Below are positions 21,601 to 32,600 of a stretch of DNA of 64,000 bases, in pieces. Source of the stretch: Yuukianura sp. NJ FZ-2021 (lineage: Eukaryota); NCBI GenBank assembly GCA_046563655.1, contig JAJCTO010000009.1, positions 868,001 through 932,000 on the forward strand, in the 5' to 3' direction. Under the pieces are notes generated by a model. That model did not search any database. It was not told the origin of the DNA and saw nothing but the letters and a program-made list of their open reading frames with translations. Position 1 is the stretch's first letter, and every line of letters starts with the position of its first letter. Both the position numbers and the translations under genes were made by a program.

Positions 21601-22600
21601 ATGCCATGGTATCCCCGTATTTAAGAATCAAATCTTTTAGTTGTTGCTGTTCTGCCATGGACAAATCAGGATTAATGATAATCTGATCAATATTTTCCTT
21701 CGTGGATTTAAACCTAGCTTGGCGAATATTGTCCTCTGCTTCAACCTCGCGGATTTGAACACGCGTCAAATTTCCTACGTGAACACCAGCATAAACAGTA
21801 GTTGGAACCGGCCTTGGGTTGTCGATTGGTAGTTCAAAACAGCCTTCTGGAATATGAGCTAAATATGGAATGCAGAGCCCAAGTCGATCTAAAAGATGCT
21901 GATTTGGTTCGAATGACAAGGTTCCTGTAATAGGAGTGACTGGCTTCACTAGAACTTTGGTTGTAGAAAATGGAGGCAAAATTTCCTCAGAAATGGTAAT
22001 GACCTTGGGGTATGATGGGTTCGATTTATTAGAACCTTGCCGCTAAAGGTGATGCAGATGAAGGGGTAGTCCTAAGCTGTCGTTGGAAAATAATTTGAAA
22101 GGTCGTGGAACTCTCATGCCGACGTATGAATAACTTCCGTATCCCTTTGGAGCGGAATTGAAACTAAGGGTGAGAAGATTTTTGGAATTGAAATCGTTTC
22201 CCAAAATTATATCAAAGAGACATTTCTCGATAACTAAAAAGGAATGACATAAAACTTGATCAGAAGATTTTGAGAAAACTAATGACTTTTTGACAGAACC
22301 TAAGATTGGGATTTTAGCCTGATTGGCGGATAATAGTTTAAGACCAGGAAGTTGAGGAACCAACTCGTGAGCTTGAACGTGCTGAGCCATAATTATACTA
22401 ACTGGACTTCCTGTATCAATTAATCCAGTAATACGACGTCGTTTATCGCCATCAACGAAATAGATTGTGGTAACCACGTTACCAAAATTTAATTCAGTAA
22501 AAGAATCTGAAGCTTCTACTGCATGACAACTATGTACTACGGAGGAATTAAGATTCAAATCGACGTCAGACCCTCCTACTGGCGTCGCTCCTCTTTTACC
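18631..22600 (-). pseudogene. pol: pol polyprotein (protease, RT, RNase H, integrase), interrupted in this copy
   Basis: LIDTGS (PR); SPWSA, RMVIDYRRLN, FGMKNAPA, YLDD (RT); HTDAS, YSTTDKEAL (RH); HDDIHSGHMG...CKTC, SLDVIGP, SDNAS, NGLCER, RGPY (IN). In-frame TAG at 22043-22045 and an apparent 10-bp insertion frameshift at about 21240-21250. Overlaps the end of gag in the -1 frame. Confidence 0.93.
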
Positions 22601-24165
22601 GCAACTTTCTTTTCCAACTGAGCTTCCGGTTTGGGTTTGTGCGGGCAGTCCTGAGTAGGATGAGCGCTTGACTTGCAGATTTGACAATTCATCTGCCGAG
22701 GACCTGGAGATTTCCGTTGAAGCTGCGGACATTGAGGCTTCATGTGATTCTCGGAGCCACACTGGTAACACGCACGGCGAGTTGCGATTTGTTCGCGATG
22801 AGGGCAGGTTCTACCGATGTGCATGGTAGACTCGCAGATACTACATCTGAGCCGTGCCGGAGTACGCAAAATCTTCTCTTCCGGGCATTGCCTGGTGGGG
22901 TGAGAGCTTGACCCACAGCTGTAACAATGAGCAACTTGTTGCGGAATTGGCTCAAATCCAACCGCATGAGCAGTGTGACGAGGTTGATAAGAGCGAGTGT
23001 AGACTGCCGTTGTACGGCTTCCTTGGCCACGGAGAATTCCAGATCCTTGACCGCTTCCCCGAGAATGCTGAGTTCCCGGTACTCGTCCTCGAGAAGCAGG
23101 AATAGTAGAACTCCGCTGATAACCCATTTGAGAAGTTTGAACCGTCATTGACTGCTTGTCATTACCTGATTCGTCGCTAATTGCCAGTGGAAAAATAGTC
23201 TGAATAGCCTCTTCTAATTCTCTATTTTGCATTAACGTTGTTTTACGTTTGAAGCTATAATCGAAGTTTTCTTTCCGAATTAATTCACTCAGAACCTCCT
23301 TAGTAGTCGATGGACTTTTCTGGTGGATGACCCAAGCTAACTCCGGGGTCAATCCTTTCAACAAATACAAAATCCGCTCATCTTCTTTAATCGAAGACCC
23401 TTGACTAGCCTCAAGCTGGTCACAGAGCTTCATCACGTTATAGTAATAGTCTTTAACAGTTTCATTTTTGTCCTTCTTGCGAGATGCTAATTTGTCCTCT
23501 AACGCGTCTTTAGTCAAACGAGATTTAAACTCGTCCCGAAAATTTGTTTCCAAGTCCGTCCAAGTCAAAACTTTAACGTCTCCTTGAGCGTTTTTGTTCA
23601 AAGGATTACGTTTCCATTCATTTTTAAATGTTGATAGCCACATCTTCGCAGGCCCAATTAAGTAAAGGCCAAAATGCTCAATTTTAGTTGCGTCATCCCA
23701 ATGTTGGGAGACAGCAATTGCTTTAAATTTGTCCAAAAATTCATTTGCCTTGGCACCCCGTTGACCTTTAAAGGTCAGTTCACCCGGAGGTGTCCAAATC
23801 GAAATCGCGCTAACCACAGGGGTTGAAGTAGCAGCCATGGCTGATTCACTTGAAATAACTTCAATTCGAGGAATTGGAACGTTAATTGCCGCTAATTCCT
23901 CTTCAGAGGAAGCGATGCTAAGCCAAGAAGCAACAGATCCGACCGCTAATATATCAGGAGTTCCTACAGACTCCGATCTTCCTACAAGTATTTTCCCTAC
24001 AATGCCTTCTGCTGTCTGTTCAGTGCTAACTTCTATCTCAACAGTACTGGGTGATCTTGATTTGCTTCTTTCTATTCTGATCTCTCTTTCTAAAACTTCT
24101 AAATCTTCTGGACCAAATTCTGGCGGTTTGTTTTGTAGACGACGACTGGATTTTTCTTCGCTCAT
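22576..24165 (-). CDS. gag: Gag with four CCHC zinc knuckles (529 aa)
   Basis: Retrotransposon capsid-like region (FLDKF...W...LIGPAKMW...TWTDLETNFRDEF...ETVKDY). Knuckles CYSCGSSSHPTRQC, CSICESTMHIGRTC, CYQCGSENHMKPQC and CQICKSSAHPTQDC. Confidence 0.92.
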   Translation of the reverse strand: MSEEKSSRRLQNKPPEFGPEDLEVLEREIRIERSKSRSPSTVEIEVSTEQTAEGIVGKILVGRSESVGTPDILAVGSVASWLSIASSEEELAAINVPIPRIEVISSESAMAATSTPVVSAISIWTPPGELTFKGQRGAKANEFLDKFKAIAVSQHWDDATKIEHFGLYLIGPAKMWLSTFKNEWKRNPLNKNAQGDVKVLTWTDLETNFRDEFKSRLTKDALEDKLASRKKDKNETVKDYYYNVMKLCDQLEASQGSSIKEDERILYLLKGLTPELAWVIHQKSPSTTKEVLSELIRKENFDYSFKRKTTLMQNRELEEAIQTIFPLAISDESGNDKQSMTVQTSQMGYQRSSTIPASRGRVPGTQHSRGSGQGSGILRGQGSRTTAVYTRSYQPRHTAHAVGFEPIPQQVAHCYSCGSSSHPTRQCPEEKILRTPARLRCSICESTMHIGRTCPHREQIATRRACYQCGSENHMKPQCPQLQRKSPGPRQMNCQICKSSAHPTQDCPHKPKPEAQLEKKVAVKEERRQ

Positions 24166-24347
24166 GAGCTATTACAGCCTCAAGGCAATCTATTAAAAGT
24201 TAAAAAGGGTTGAAAACTTTTTGGAATTGGAACAATCGAAGTTCATTCAATCCCATCAATTCATGAAATTCATTTCATTTACGATGATGTGGTAAAGCCA
24301 ATCAATTGTGCTCAACTATGACACTTTTAATGGAGAATTAACGTATC

Positions 24348-25687
24348 TCACAAGAGGTATAAAATAATAAATAGAGCTGCACAAAGAATCCACCATTGCG
24401 GCTGTGCCTCGGCACTTCCAGCCACAGTATTTTCGACACAAGGAATTTTTAGAAATTCCATCAATGGTTCAGAAGAAAGCTTCACAAAGTCCAAGGAAAA
24501 AGTTAGAACTTCATTGCCATTAAGTAAGCTAAAATTCATAGCATTTCTTCCAATTTGTGTGACAGGGGTCGTGAACTGTGCCAATTGCTGAGTGACCTTC
24601 GCGTCCCAACAAGATTCGAATAACTCGCGCTGGTGGTGATAGTAACACCGCCATCCGCTTGCTGTTTGCAAATAGAGTCGTCGCTCAATTTCCATGGCTC
24701 CAATGATGCTTGCATTGGCTGCTAAATTGAGCTTTGACATGCTACGCGGGTAGCCTGTATCCAAAGTTGCGCCAAAAATGTACTTAAAATATTCCCCTTC
24801 AGAGAAAATGTAAGTCATTCGATCGTATTGAAACACAAAGTCAGGTTTTAAATGTTCTGGGAAATATTGAAAATATTTGTGATTATAAATTCGCTGGGAG
24901 AGAAAAACTTCTCCGTTTTCGATTCGATAATGATAGTTGTCCGCGAAAAGGTAGATTTCGTTATAAATTTGGCAATAGTTCGGTAATTTGTTTGGCATAA
25001 GCTCTTTTCCAAATTGTCATCATTTGTCCAACTACTTTTTCGAATTGGCGCGTATTTAGGTGCATTTTTATAGAGAAATTGTAGAGCTCGTTTATCCTCG
25101 TCACTGATCCGAATTGAATAGTCATACTCGCGGTAAAATGCTGTCATAATCGCATCACGGACGTCGGAATGACGTAGTCCAATAGCATGTCCGAATTCGT
25201 GTAATAGTACAGAAAAGAAACTAACTCCCTTTCCATTTTTACCAACGATCCAATTTTCTGCAAGGTCAAAGTGTATATCGCCTCCAAGCAGACTTTCACT
25301 TGGAAAGAAAGCGTGAGCCAACACTCCACCTCTTCCATCAAATGGAGCAGAATCATTGTGGCTTAACTTTTCAAAACTGATTCGAATGTCCGCTTGCGCT
25401 GGTTTCTCGAGTTCTTCGAACTTGAGGTTGGACGCTGCTTGCCACTTAGCAATTGCCAGTCGAGCTTCAAGCTTAACAATGCTAAGATTTAGATGTAATG
25501 GGACGTTAGCAATGGACCAAGTAATGTTCCGTTTGATCCAAGGGGTATTTGAAGGAATGTATCTTTTGATACGTGGTGGATTCTTGCTACGCTCATTATC
25601 GTGACAGTGAATGGTAGTGGGATTTTCCCACTTAATGTAACTACAGTAACCTGAAACAATAAATAGTAGTAGCACGAACAGACGCAT
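24348..25687 (-). CDS. Matrix metalloproteinase (M10A matrixin) with a hemopexin-like domain and C-terminal hydrophobic anchor; split by one frameshift near 24970
   Basis: Signal peptide, RIKR furin site, W.KRNITWSI, ADIRISF, H.D..PFDGRGGVLAHAFFP, GDIHFD.AE.W, HEFGHAIGLRHS zinc motif, AIM Met-turn. The second ORF (24348-24998) has hemopexin-like EIYLF, TYIFSEGEYFKY, GYPRSM and ends WWILCAALFIILYLL. Confidence 0.9.
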
Positions 25688-27170
25688 GGTTGAGCTGGGA
25701 GTTGAGGGAGTTTTCGTATTCCTTTCTCTAGGAAGTTAGGTTTTGCCAGTGAGTGGAATTATCAAGGGACTTCCGGGAGGTCAATTCCCTGTTATTCTTT
25801 CAAACAAATACAATGAGTGCCACAATCCCATTCTGGGATGTGCAGATAACAATAAAACTTCTCAAATTATATACAATTTTAAATTTAATAAGATTTCAGC
25901 AACATGAAGGGATGCAGCCCACACACGGCAATGCAATTCCCATGCACAAGTTACTAGAAGCAGCCCACCCATGGCAATGCTTCAAATAAAATCCCTAGGC
26001 AATTTCAAAGTAGTTAGCTCGTATCTCCCCAGTTCATGGCCCTCTGGAGAAACGTGTCACCACTCACGGCAAAAAAATTGTTATTCATTGACACGGGATT
26101 TGTTTCTCCAGGAAAAAGGGTCTGTGACCCGGCCAGACCACAAAACAGGGAGCTTAATCCTGGTGCATTGATTCTGACCTGAATTTAAATAACGCGGCCT
26201 TCATGAACTGTAGCAAACCCCTTTTTATGAAATAATTTTGGAAAGAGCTACCTCTCCTGACCTGTTTAACATCTTTACTAAATTGTGAGTCCTCGCTGGA
26301 TCCTTAGCTAGCTCACGCCGTTGAAAGAGATACCTACTATTGAAATTCCTTCATAAATTGACTTAATTATGCGTTAAGATTAATAGATTCGGCAGAGCCA
26401 TTGCTACTCTAAACCCTAACCGTGACCTAGTGCTAGCTTGATCTCACAAATGAGCCTACCTCACTCCGAAGTTTCCGCCTGAGGGCCTATTTCAGTATCC
26501 ACTTCGATTCGGATTATTTGTTGAAGGGGCAGCTGGTAGGCATCACGCCCAAATACCAGCCCCGTCATTCTAGACAGTTGCCTAAGGTCACCCCGACCTT
26601 GACCTAACCTTTCGGATCTAAGTCTCCTTCGTAAACGCGGCATCACCTTTGCGCAAATCCTTGCTACACCTAATATTACATTCTAGCCAGTCCGCGCTAA
26701 GAATGGGATCATTTCCTAAAGCTATGAGTGGCGCCTTATAACCTAATATGACCTATCTGTAAGCTATTTTATGTACAAGGAATACCTGAGGTAGAACCGG
26801 GTGTTGAGCCCAAGTGGAGCCTATTTCTGACCTGGGTCGACCGACTACTTAACCCGTATGAACCATGCTTAACTATCGTACTTAACCTAAAATTCTTAGT
26901 AAACTTCAATTCACTAAGTGCCAAAGAGACAAAGAGAAAGCTGAACGCCATTCTATCCTGCGTGTACGCATAATTTTAAACGGAACGCTTCATTTTTAGA
27001 CAACCTCACTATTTCAAAATTCAAACAGAATATGATCATGGGGTTCAATTATCGACGTACCAACTTGGGTTGTCATTGAAACTTATTGTGACGGAAACAA
27101 AAGTAAAGACGACAACGACGTCAAAACTGACATCGTTAATTTCCATGTCACAGGGTAAATTTGAATGAAA

Positions 27171-27716
27171 TTATTGATAATGATAAATCCCAGAGTGAGC
27201 CTCTGGGTTATGACGATGATTAGTCAAACAATTGTGTGTGATTATTTGATTGTTGGAATCGACTTTGCGTTCCAAGCATACGAGAACATCAATCCTATTA
27301 TTACATAAATGCTTCCAAACGAGCTTTTCGACTTCCACCCAGCACCCGCGCCCACAGCCAGTGCCTATTAAGGGCATCTGAACAATGGCCTTTGTATTTT
27401 TAGCTAATTCGCCTAACTTCTCAAGACTTTTATCTAACGAATAATAGGAAATAGGAACAGGATGCCAAGGATCGCGTTGAGCGAACAAATTAACAACCTG
27501 AAGCCCTTGACCAATTGGAACAGTCTGTATATCTCCTAGGCTGGCCTTCCAGCCTTCAGCTCTAAAATGCAATTCTACAAGCGGGTATCGCCATGATAAT
27601 TGACTGCAAAATCCCTTACCCCAGGCTCCGTAATTATTAGTGACGTGTGCAATTATTAAGGGTCTCTGATCTGATTGCGGGAGAGTCCCGTCACAAGTCC
27701 TAAACAGAATACTCAT
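27171..27716 (-). CDS. Macrodomain protein (Poa1p/TARG1-like Appr-1-p processing family)
   Basis: IIAHVTNNYGAWGKGF, SLGDIQ, VVNLFAQ and VQMPLIGTGCGRGCW are macrodomain motifs. The likely ATG is at 27716 (the ORF is open from 27818). Confidence 0.85.
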   Translation of the reverse strand: MSILFRTCDGTLPQSDQRPLIIAHVTNNYGAWGKGFCSQLSWRYPLVELHFRAEGWKASLGDIQTVPIGQGLQVVNLFAQRDPWHPVPISYYSLDKSLEKLGELAKNTKAIVQMPLIGTGCGRGCWVEVEKLVWKHLCNNRIDVLVCLERKVDSNNQIITHNCLTNHRHNPEAHSGIYHYQ

Positions 27717-28046
27717 AATGAATGTAAAATGGAGATGCCTAACTACATCAATTGGATCCAGAAATTGTTCCAAAAGCGAAGGGCGCAGTTTATCCCAAAC
27801 AAAATAGAGACAAGACAAGAAAGAGTTGGAATGTATCGAAGTGATCGACTTAATGTCAGATTTGTTTTAACTATGGTTTAGCTTAATTTAGAATTGAATG
27901 AATTTTAATTTAGAAAGTTTGTGTAACTTTAAAAATTTTTAGAACTTAATTGCAAAAAAAAAATGAATTTAAACTAAAGGTCAAGGATCACTGACCTGAC
28001 CTGCGCTGATTTTAAGTCTACGTGCTTAAAGGGATGCTTAAATGGA

Positions 28047-28156
28047 TGAGGATGACGAAGGTTTTCATGAGGTTTACATGAGGATGAAGTGAGGATTACT
28101 TGAGGATTACCGGAGGATTACAGGAGGATTACTGGAGGATGACCGGAGGATTACTG
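28047..28156. repeat. Short tandem repeat (about 11-bp GGAGGATTACY units) in the retroelement 5' UTR
   Basis: gaggattactt gaggattaccg gaggattacag gaggattactg gaggatgaccg gaggattact, plus degenerate upstream units. Confidence 0.8.
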
Positions 28157-28539
28157 CCCGTATCCAAAATTTAACTTGAATTTACGAGTTAAATTTTAAT
28201 TATTTAGTTATTATATTAATTTTAAAAATATTTTCAGCTTCTCTAAACAGAGTACGCGTTTCTAATGCATGGCCCTACAATTTAGTGCAAGAAAGTCAAA
28301 TTTTTCGTTCTGCGCATGCGTCGCGTAGACCTTGGGCATGTGCTGGTAATGAGTGGAAAATGGTGCCTAGAACCTGCCTAACTACTCCTGCTCGTTTGGA
28401 ACACTTATGCAAAATACTTTTTGAATTATGACGATTTTAATTATTCAGAATTTTGAAAGTTCGCTTAAAACTGAATCAAAATGTTTTGAAGACAAGTTAC
28501 GTAATGCTTCATGACCGAAATTTCGTTTTGACCATATAA

Positions 28540-28557
28540 CCCCTGCATCGGGCACCA
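28540..28557 (-). other. tRNA primer binding site
   Basis: TGGTGCCCGATGCAGGGG, 2 nt downstream of the CA end of the 5' LTR; resembles Lys-type PBS sequences, but the tRNA is not assigned with confidence. Confidence 0.85.
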
Positions 28558-28559
28558 TT

Positions 28560-29632
28560 TGTAAGGGTCAATTAGGTCAAAGGGGTCACTTCGAATAAGT
28601 GCCCTACCCGATTGGCCACTTAGCGAAGGAGCGTGGTCACTTGGCGCTAAAAAGGCCAATTGTAGTTGTAGGAATTGAAAGTTTGACCCTTAAGGGGTCC
28701 GTAGATCCGGCAGCAGACCCACTTCGCCACCCTGGGCAGTCAAAGACTACCCGCGTCGGTGGCGCGGAGTGGACGCTGAAGGGACTCCTAATAGATAAGG
28801 GCCCACTTAACTGTACGCCCCACCTCCTTGGGTCAGTCGCAACTGCCCGTGTCGGAGCTGCAAGGCGCACGAAGGGAATTTCGGTGGAGGGAGCCCTAAC
28901 CTTTTGACGGGTGAACGCGTCCAGGAGCCGACAGGCCCTGCACCCTTCCCAGTCCCGGTCCCTTCCCTTTTTATCAATAACTCAATTTTGCATTTTTGTT
29001 ATGTACCTTGGCTGTCGAATGCAGATGACGAAGGGTCCAAGTCTCGCTGAATCTTTCCCTGGCTTAGCTTAGCTCCTTGGCTGGTTGTAGATGAGAGACG
29101 GAAGTGAATCGAACTTTTGAATTTTTACTTTTTATTTGTCTTAAAAGAAATTAGGACTTAAAATTTTAAGGAGAAATTTAACTAAGAAGAAAACTTAATT
29201 TGAAATTCTAACTGAAGGAAATGATCGAATGTCTTCATGCTTGCACCCTATATTTATAGATGTTACTTTTGGTTGCTACCCTGCAATTCTTGACATTGTA
29301 TTTTTTCGCAAAATTTTGGGAAATTCGCAACTTTGTATTTTTATAATCTAAAACCATGTTCAAGCCAACAGCAATCTCAATTGCTGGTGACTTGAATCTG
29401 GTGTCTTCCCATGCACTCTAATGCATCTGCAACTTAGAGCTTAACCTTATTGATCCCATTAATGCCAACGCCAAAGTCTTTTCTATCAAATTTACGACAC
29501 TTTAAGTTTTTCTACAATTTGAATAAATGTTTGCAACATTTTGAAAACAGCAAAATGAATGAACTAATACAAACCGGTTAAAACCGGATCTCATTTTAAA
29601 ACTACCTTCATGCACTTTTCCCAGGTGTAACA
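28560..29632 (-). repeat. 5' LTR, 1073 bp
   Basis: Minus strand TGTTACA...CTTACA; adjacent to the PBS; near-identical to the 3' LTR. Confidence 0.96.
29225..29258 (-). promoter_or_regulatory. LTR core promoter: TATA box and Inr-like start
   Basis: TATAAATA at 29258-29251, ACATTC Inr-like motif about 29 nt downstream, and AATAAA at 29136-29131, giving the expected U3-R-U5 order. Confidence 0.6.
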
Positions 29633-32600
29633 ATATTTGCAAAGCATCCAGTAATGGGGCTCTCGATACTGGTGTTTACATTTAGAGCCCCATGATTTCA
29701 CTACAGTAAATAGCTATCCCCCCTAAGTTATCTGATGAAGGTTTCTCATCTTGGAGCCCTAACATTAGAGGCTTGGTAGGGTTGTGGGTATTGCTATAAC
29801 TTCAATGTAACCTTTGCATGTATTGTTGGATATGATTTTAGTAAAGCATTTATTCCAAAGCAAATTGTGCTGATATTTGCCATCGTTACCAACTGGGAAC
29901 AAATCCATCAAATATCCCATTGTCATTTTTGAAAACTGCCTACTTTTGATATTAAGTTGCGTTGAGTTACTTAGCATACCTATTCGTAAGAAGTATTTAT
30001 AATGTCAAGCAACTAATTAGTCTCATAGGCAAGATAGAGCTACATATTTGCAAAGCATCCAGTAATGGGGCTCTCGATACTGGTGTTTACATTTAGAGCC
30101 CCATGATTTCACTACAGTAAATAGCTATCCCCCTAAGTTATCTGATGAAGGTTTCTCATCTTCGAGCCCTAACATTAGAGGCTTGGTAGGGTTGTGGGTA
30201 TTGCTATAACTTCAATGTAACCTTTGCATGTATTGTTGGATATGATTTTAGTAAAGCATTTATTCCAAAGCAAATTGTGCTGATATTTGCCATCGTTACC
30301 AACTGGGAACAAATCCATCAAATATCCCATTGTCATTTTTGAAAACTGCCTACTTTTGATATTAAGTTGCGTTGAGTTACTTAGCATACCTATTCGTAAG
30401 AAGTATTTATAATGTCAAGCAACTAATTAGTCTCATAGGCAAGATAGAGCTACATATTTGCAAAGCATCCAGTAATGGGGCTCTCGATAATGGTGTTTAC
30501 ATTTAGAGCCCCATGATTTCACTACAGTAAATAGCTATCCCCCCTAAGTTATCTGATGAAGGTTTCTCATCTTCGAGCCCTAACATTAGAGGCTTGGTAG
30601 GGTTGTGGGTATTGCTATAACTTCAATGTAACCTTTGCATGTATTGTTGGATATGATTTTAGTAAAGCATTTATTCCAAAGCAAATTGTGCTGATATTTG
30701 CCATCGTTACCAACTGGGAACAAATCCATCAAATATCCCAAGGTGGGTAAACAATAATTAAAGCTACATCAGGTTGTCCAGTAACTGGAACTTTTAAAAT
30801 TTGTTTGAACAAAAAATTTTGACTTTCCATGGTAATTTTTTGCATGTGATGCAAATGGGATTGGTGCAGAATTGGTGCAGAAATTTGTTTGGAGTAAGAT
30901 TTTTGGAAACCATGAGGTACTGGATAACCTCCTGTAGATTAATTGCAAATTGGTTGCTATAGCAACCTTGAAATATCCCATTGTCATTTTTGAAAACTGC
31001 CTACTTTTGATATTAAGTTGCGTTGAGTTACTTAGCATACCTATTCGTAAGAAGTATTTATAATGTCAAGCAACTAATTAGTCTCATAGGCAAGATAGAG
31101 CTACATATTTGCAAAGCATCCAGTAATGGGGCTCTCGATACTGGTGTTTACATTTAGAGCCCCATGATTTCACTACAGTAAATAGCTATCCCCCCTAAGT
31201 TATCTGATGAAGGTTTCTCATCTTCGAGCCCTAACATTAGAGGCTTGGTAGGGTTGTGGGTATTGCTATAACTTCAATGTAACCTTTGCATGTATTGTTG
31301 GATATGATTTTAGTAAAGCATTTATTCCAAAGCAAATTGTGCTGATATTTGCCATCGTTACCAACTGGGAACAAATCCATCAAATATCCCATTGTCATTT
31401 TTGAAAAGTGCCTACTTTTGATATTAAGTTGCGTTGAGTTACTTAGCATACCTATTCGTAAGAAGTATTTATAATGTCAAGCAACTAATTAGTCTCATAG
31501 GCAAGATAGACCTACATATTTGCAAAGCATCCAGTAATGGGGCTCTCGATACTGGTGTTTACATTTAGAGCCCCATGATTTCACTACAGTAAATAGCTAT
31601 CCCCCTAAGTTATCTGATGAAGGTTTCTCATCTTGGAGCCCTAACATTAGAGGCTTGGTAGGGTTGTGGGTATTGCTATAACTTCAATGTAACCTTTGCA
31701 TGTATTGTTGGATATGATTTTAGTAAAGCATTTATTCCAAAGCAAATTGTGCTGATATTTGCCATCGTTACCAACTGGGAACAAATCCATCAAATATCCC
31801 ATTGTCATTTTTGAAAACTGCCTACTTTTGATATTAAGTTGCGTTGAGTTACTTAGCATACCTATTCGTAAGAAGTATTTATAATGTCAAGCAACTAATT
31901 AGTCTCATAGGCAAGATAGAGCTACATATTTGCAAAGCATCCAGTAATGGGGCTCTCGATACTGGTGTTTACATTTAGAGCCCCATGATTTCACTACAGT
32001 AAATAGCTATCCCCCTAAGTTATCTGATGAAGGTTTCTCATCTTCGAGCCCTAACATTAGAGGCTTGGTAGGGTTGTGGGTATTGCTATAACTTCAATGT
32101 AACCTTTGCATGTATTGTTGGATATGATTTTAGTAAAGCATTTATTCCAAAGCAAATTGTGCTGATATTTGCCATCGTTACCAACTGGGAACAAATCCAT
32201 CAAATATCCCAAGGTGGGTAAACAATAATTAAAGCTACATCAGGTTGTCCAGTAACTGGAACTTTTAAAATTTGTTTGAACAAAAAATTTTGACTTTCCA
32301 TGGTAATTTTTTGCATGTGATGCAAATGGGATTGGTGCAGAATTGGTGCAGAAATTTGTTTGGAGTAAGATTTTTGGAAACCATGAGGTACTGGATAACC
32401 TCCTGTAGATTAATTGCAAATTGGTTGCTATAGCAACCTTGAAATATCCCATTGTCATTTTTGAAAACTGCCTACTTTTGATATTAAGTTGCGTTGAGTT
32501 ACTTAGCATACCTATTCGTAAGAAGTATTTATAATGTCAAGCAACTAATTAGTCTCATAGGCAAGATAGAGCTACATATTTGCAAAGCATCCAGTAATGG

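Larger units (their letters stand above)
7560..29632 (-). mobile_element. Giant env-bearing Ty3/gypsy (Metaviridae-like) LTR retroelement with multiple accessory genes
   Basis: Two 1073-bp TG...CA direct repeats. 4-bp TSD ATAT at 7556-7559 and 29633-29636 restores the satellite sequence GCTAC-ATAT-TTGCAAAGC. PBS and PPT present. gag, PR-RT-RH-IN order and env are all on the minus strand. Confidence 0.96.

Noticed and set aside
22590..22640. Defined gag-pol slippery site
   Set aside because: A -1 overlap exists, but only imperfect candidates (G GAA AAG) are seen.
24960..24980. Programmed -1 frameshift in the MMP (AAATTTA)
   Set aside because: The heptamer is out of phase for X XXY YYZ slippage; a 1-bp deletion is the simpler explanation.
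26461..26951. Small minus-strand ORFs between the macrodomain and MMP genes
   Set aside because: About 60 aa, no recognisable motif or supporting signal.
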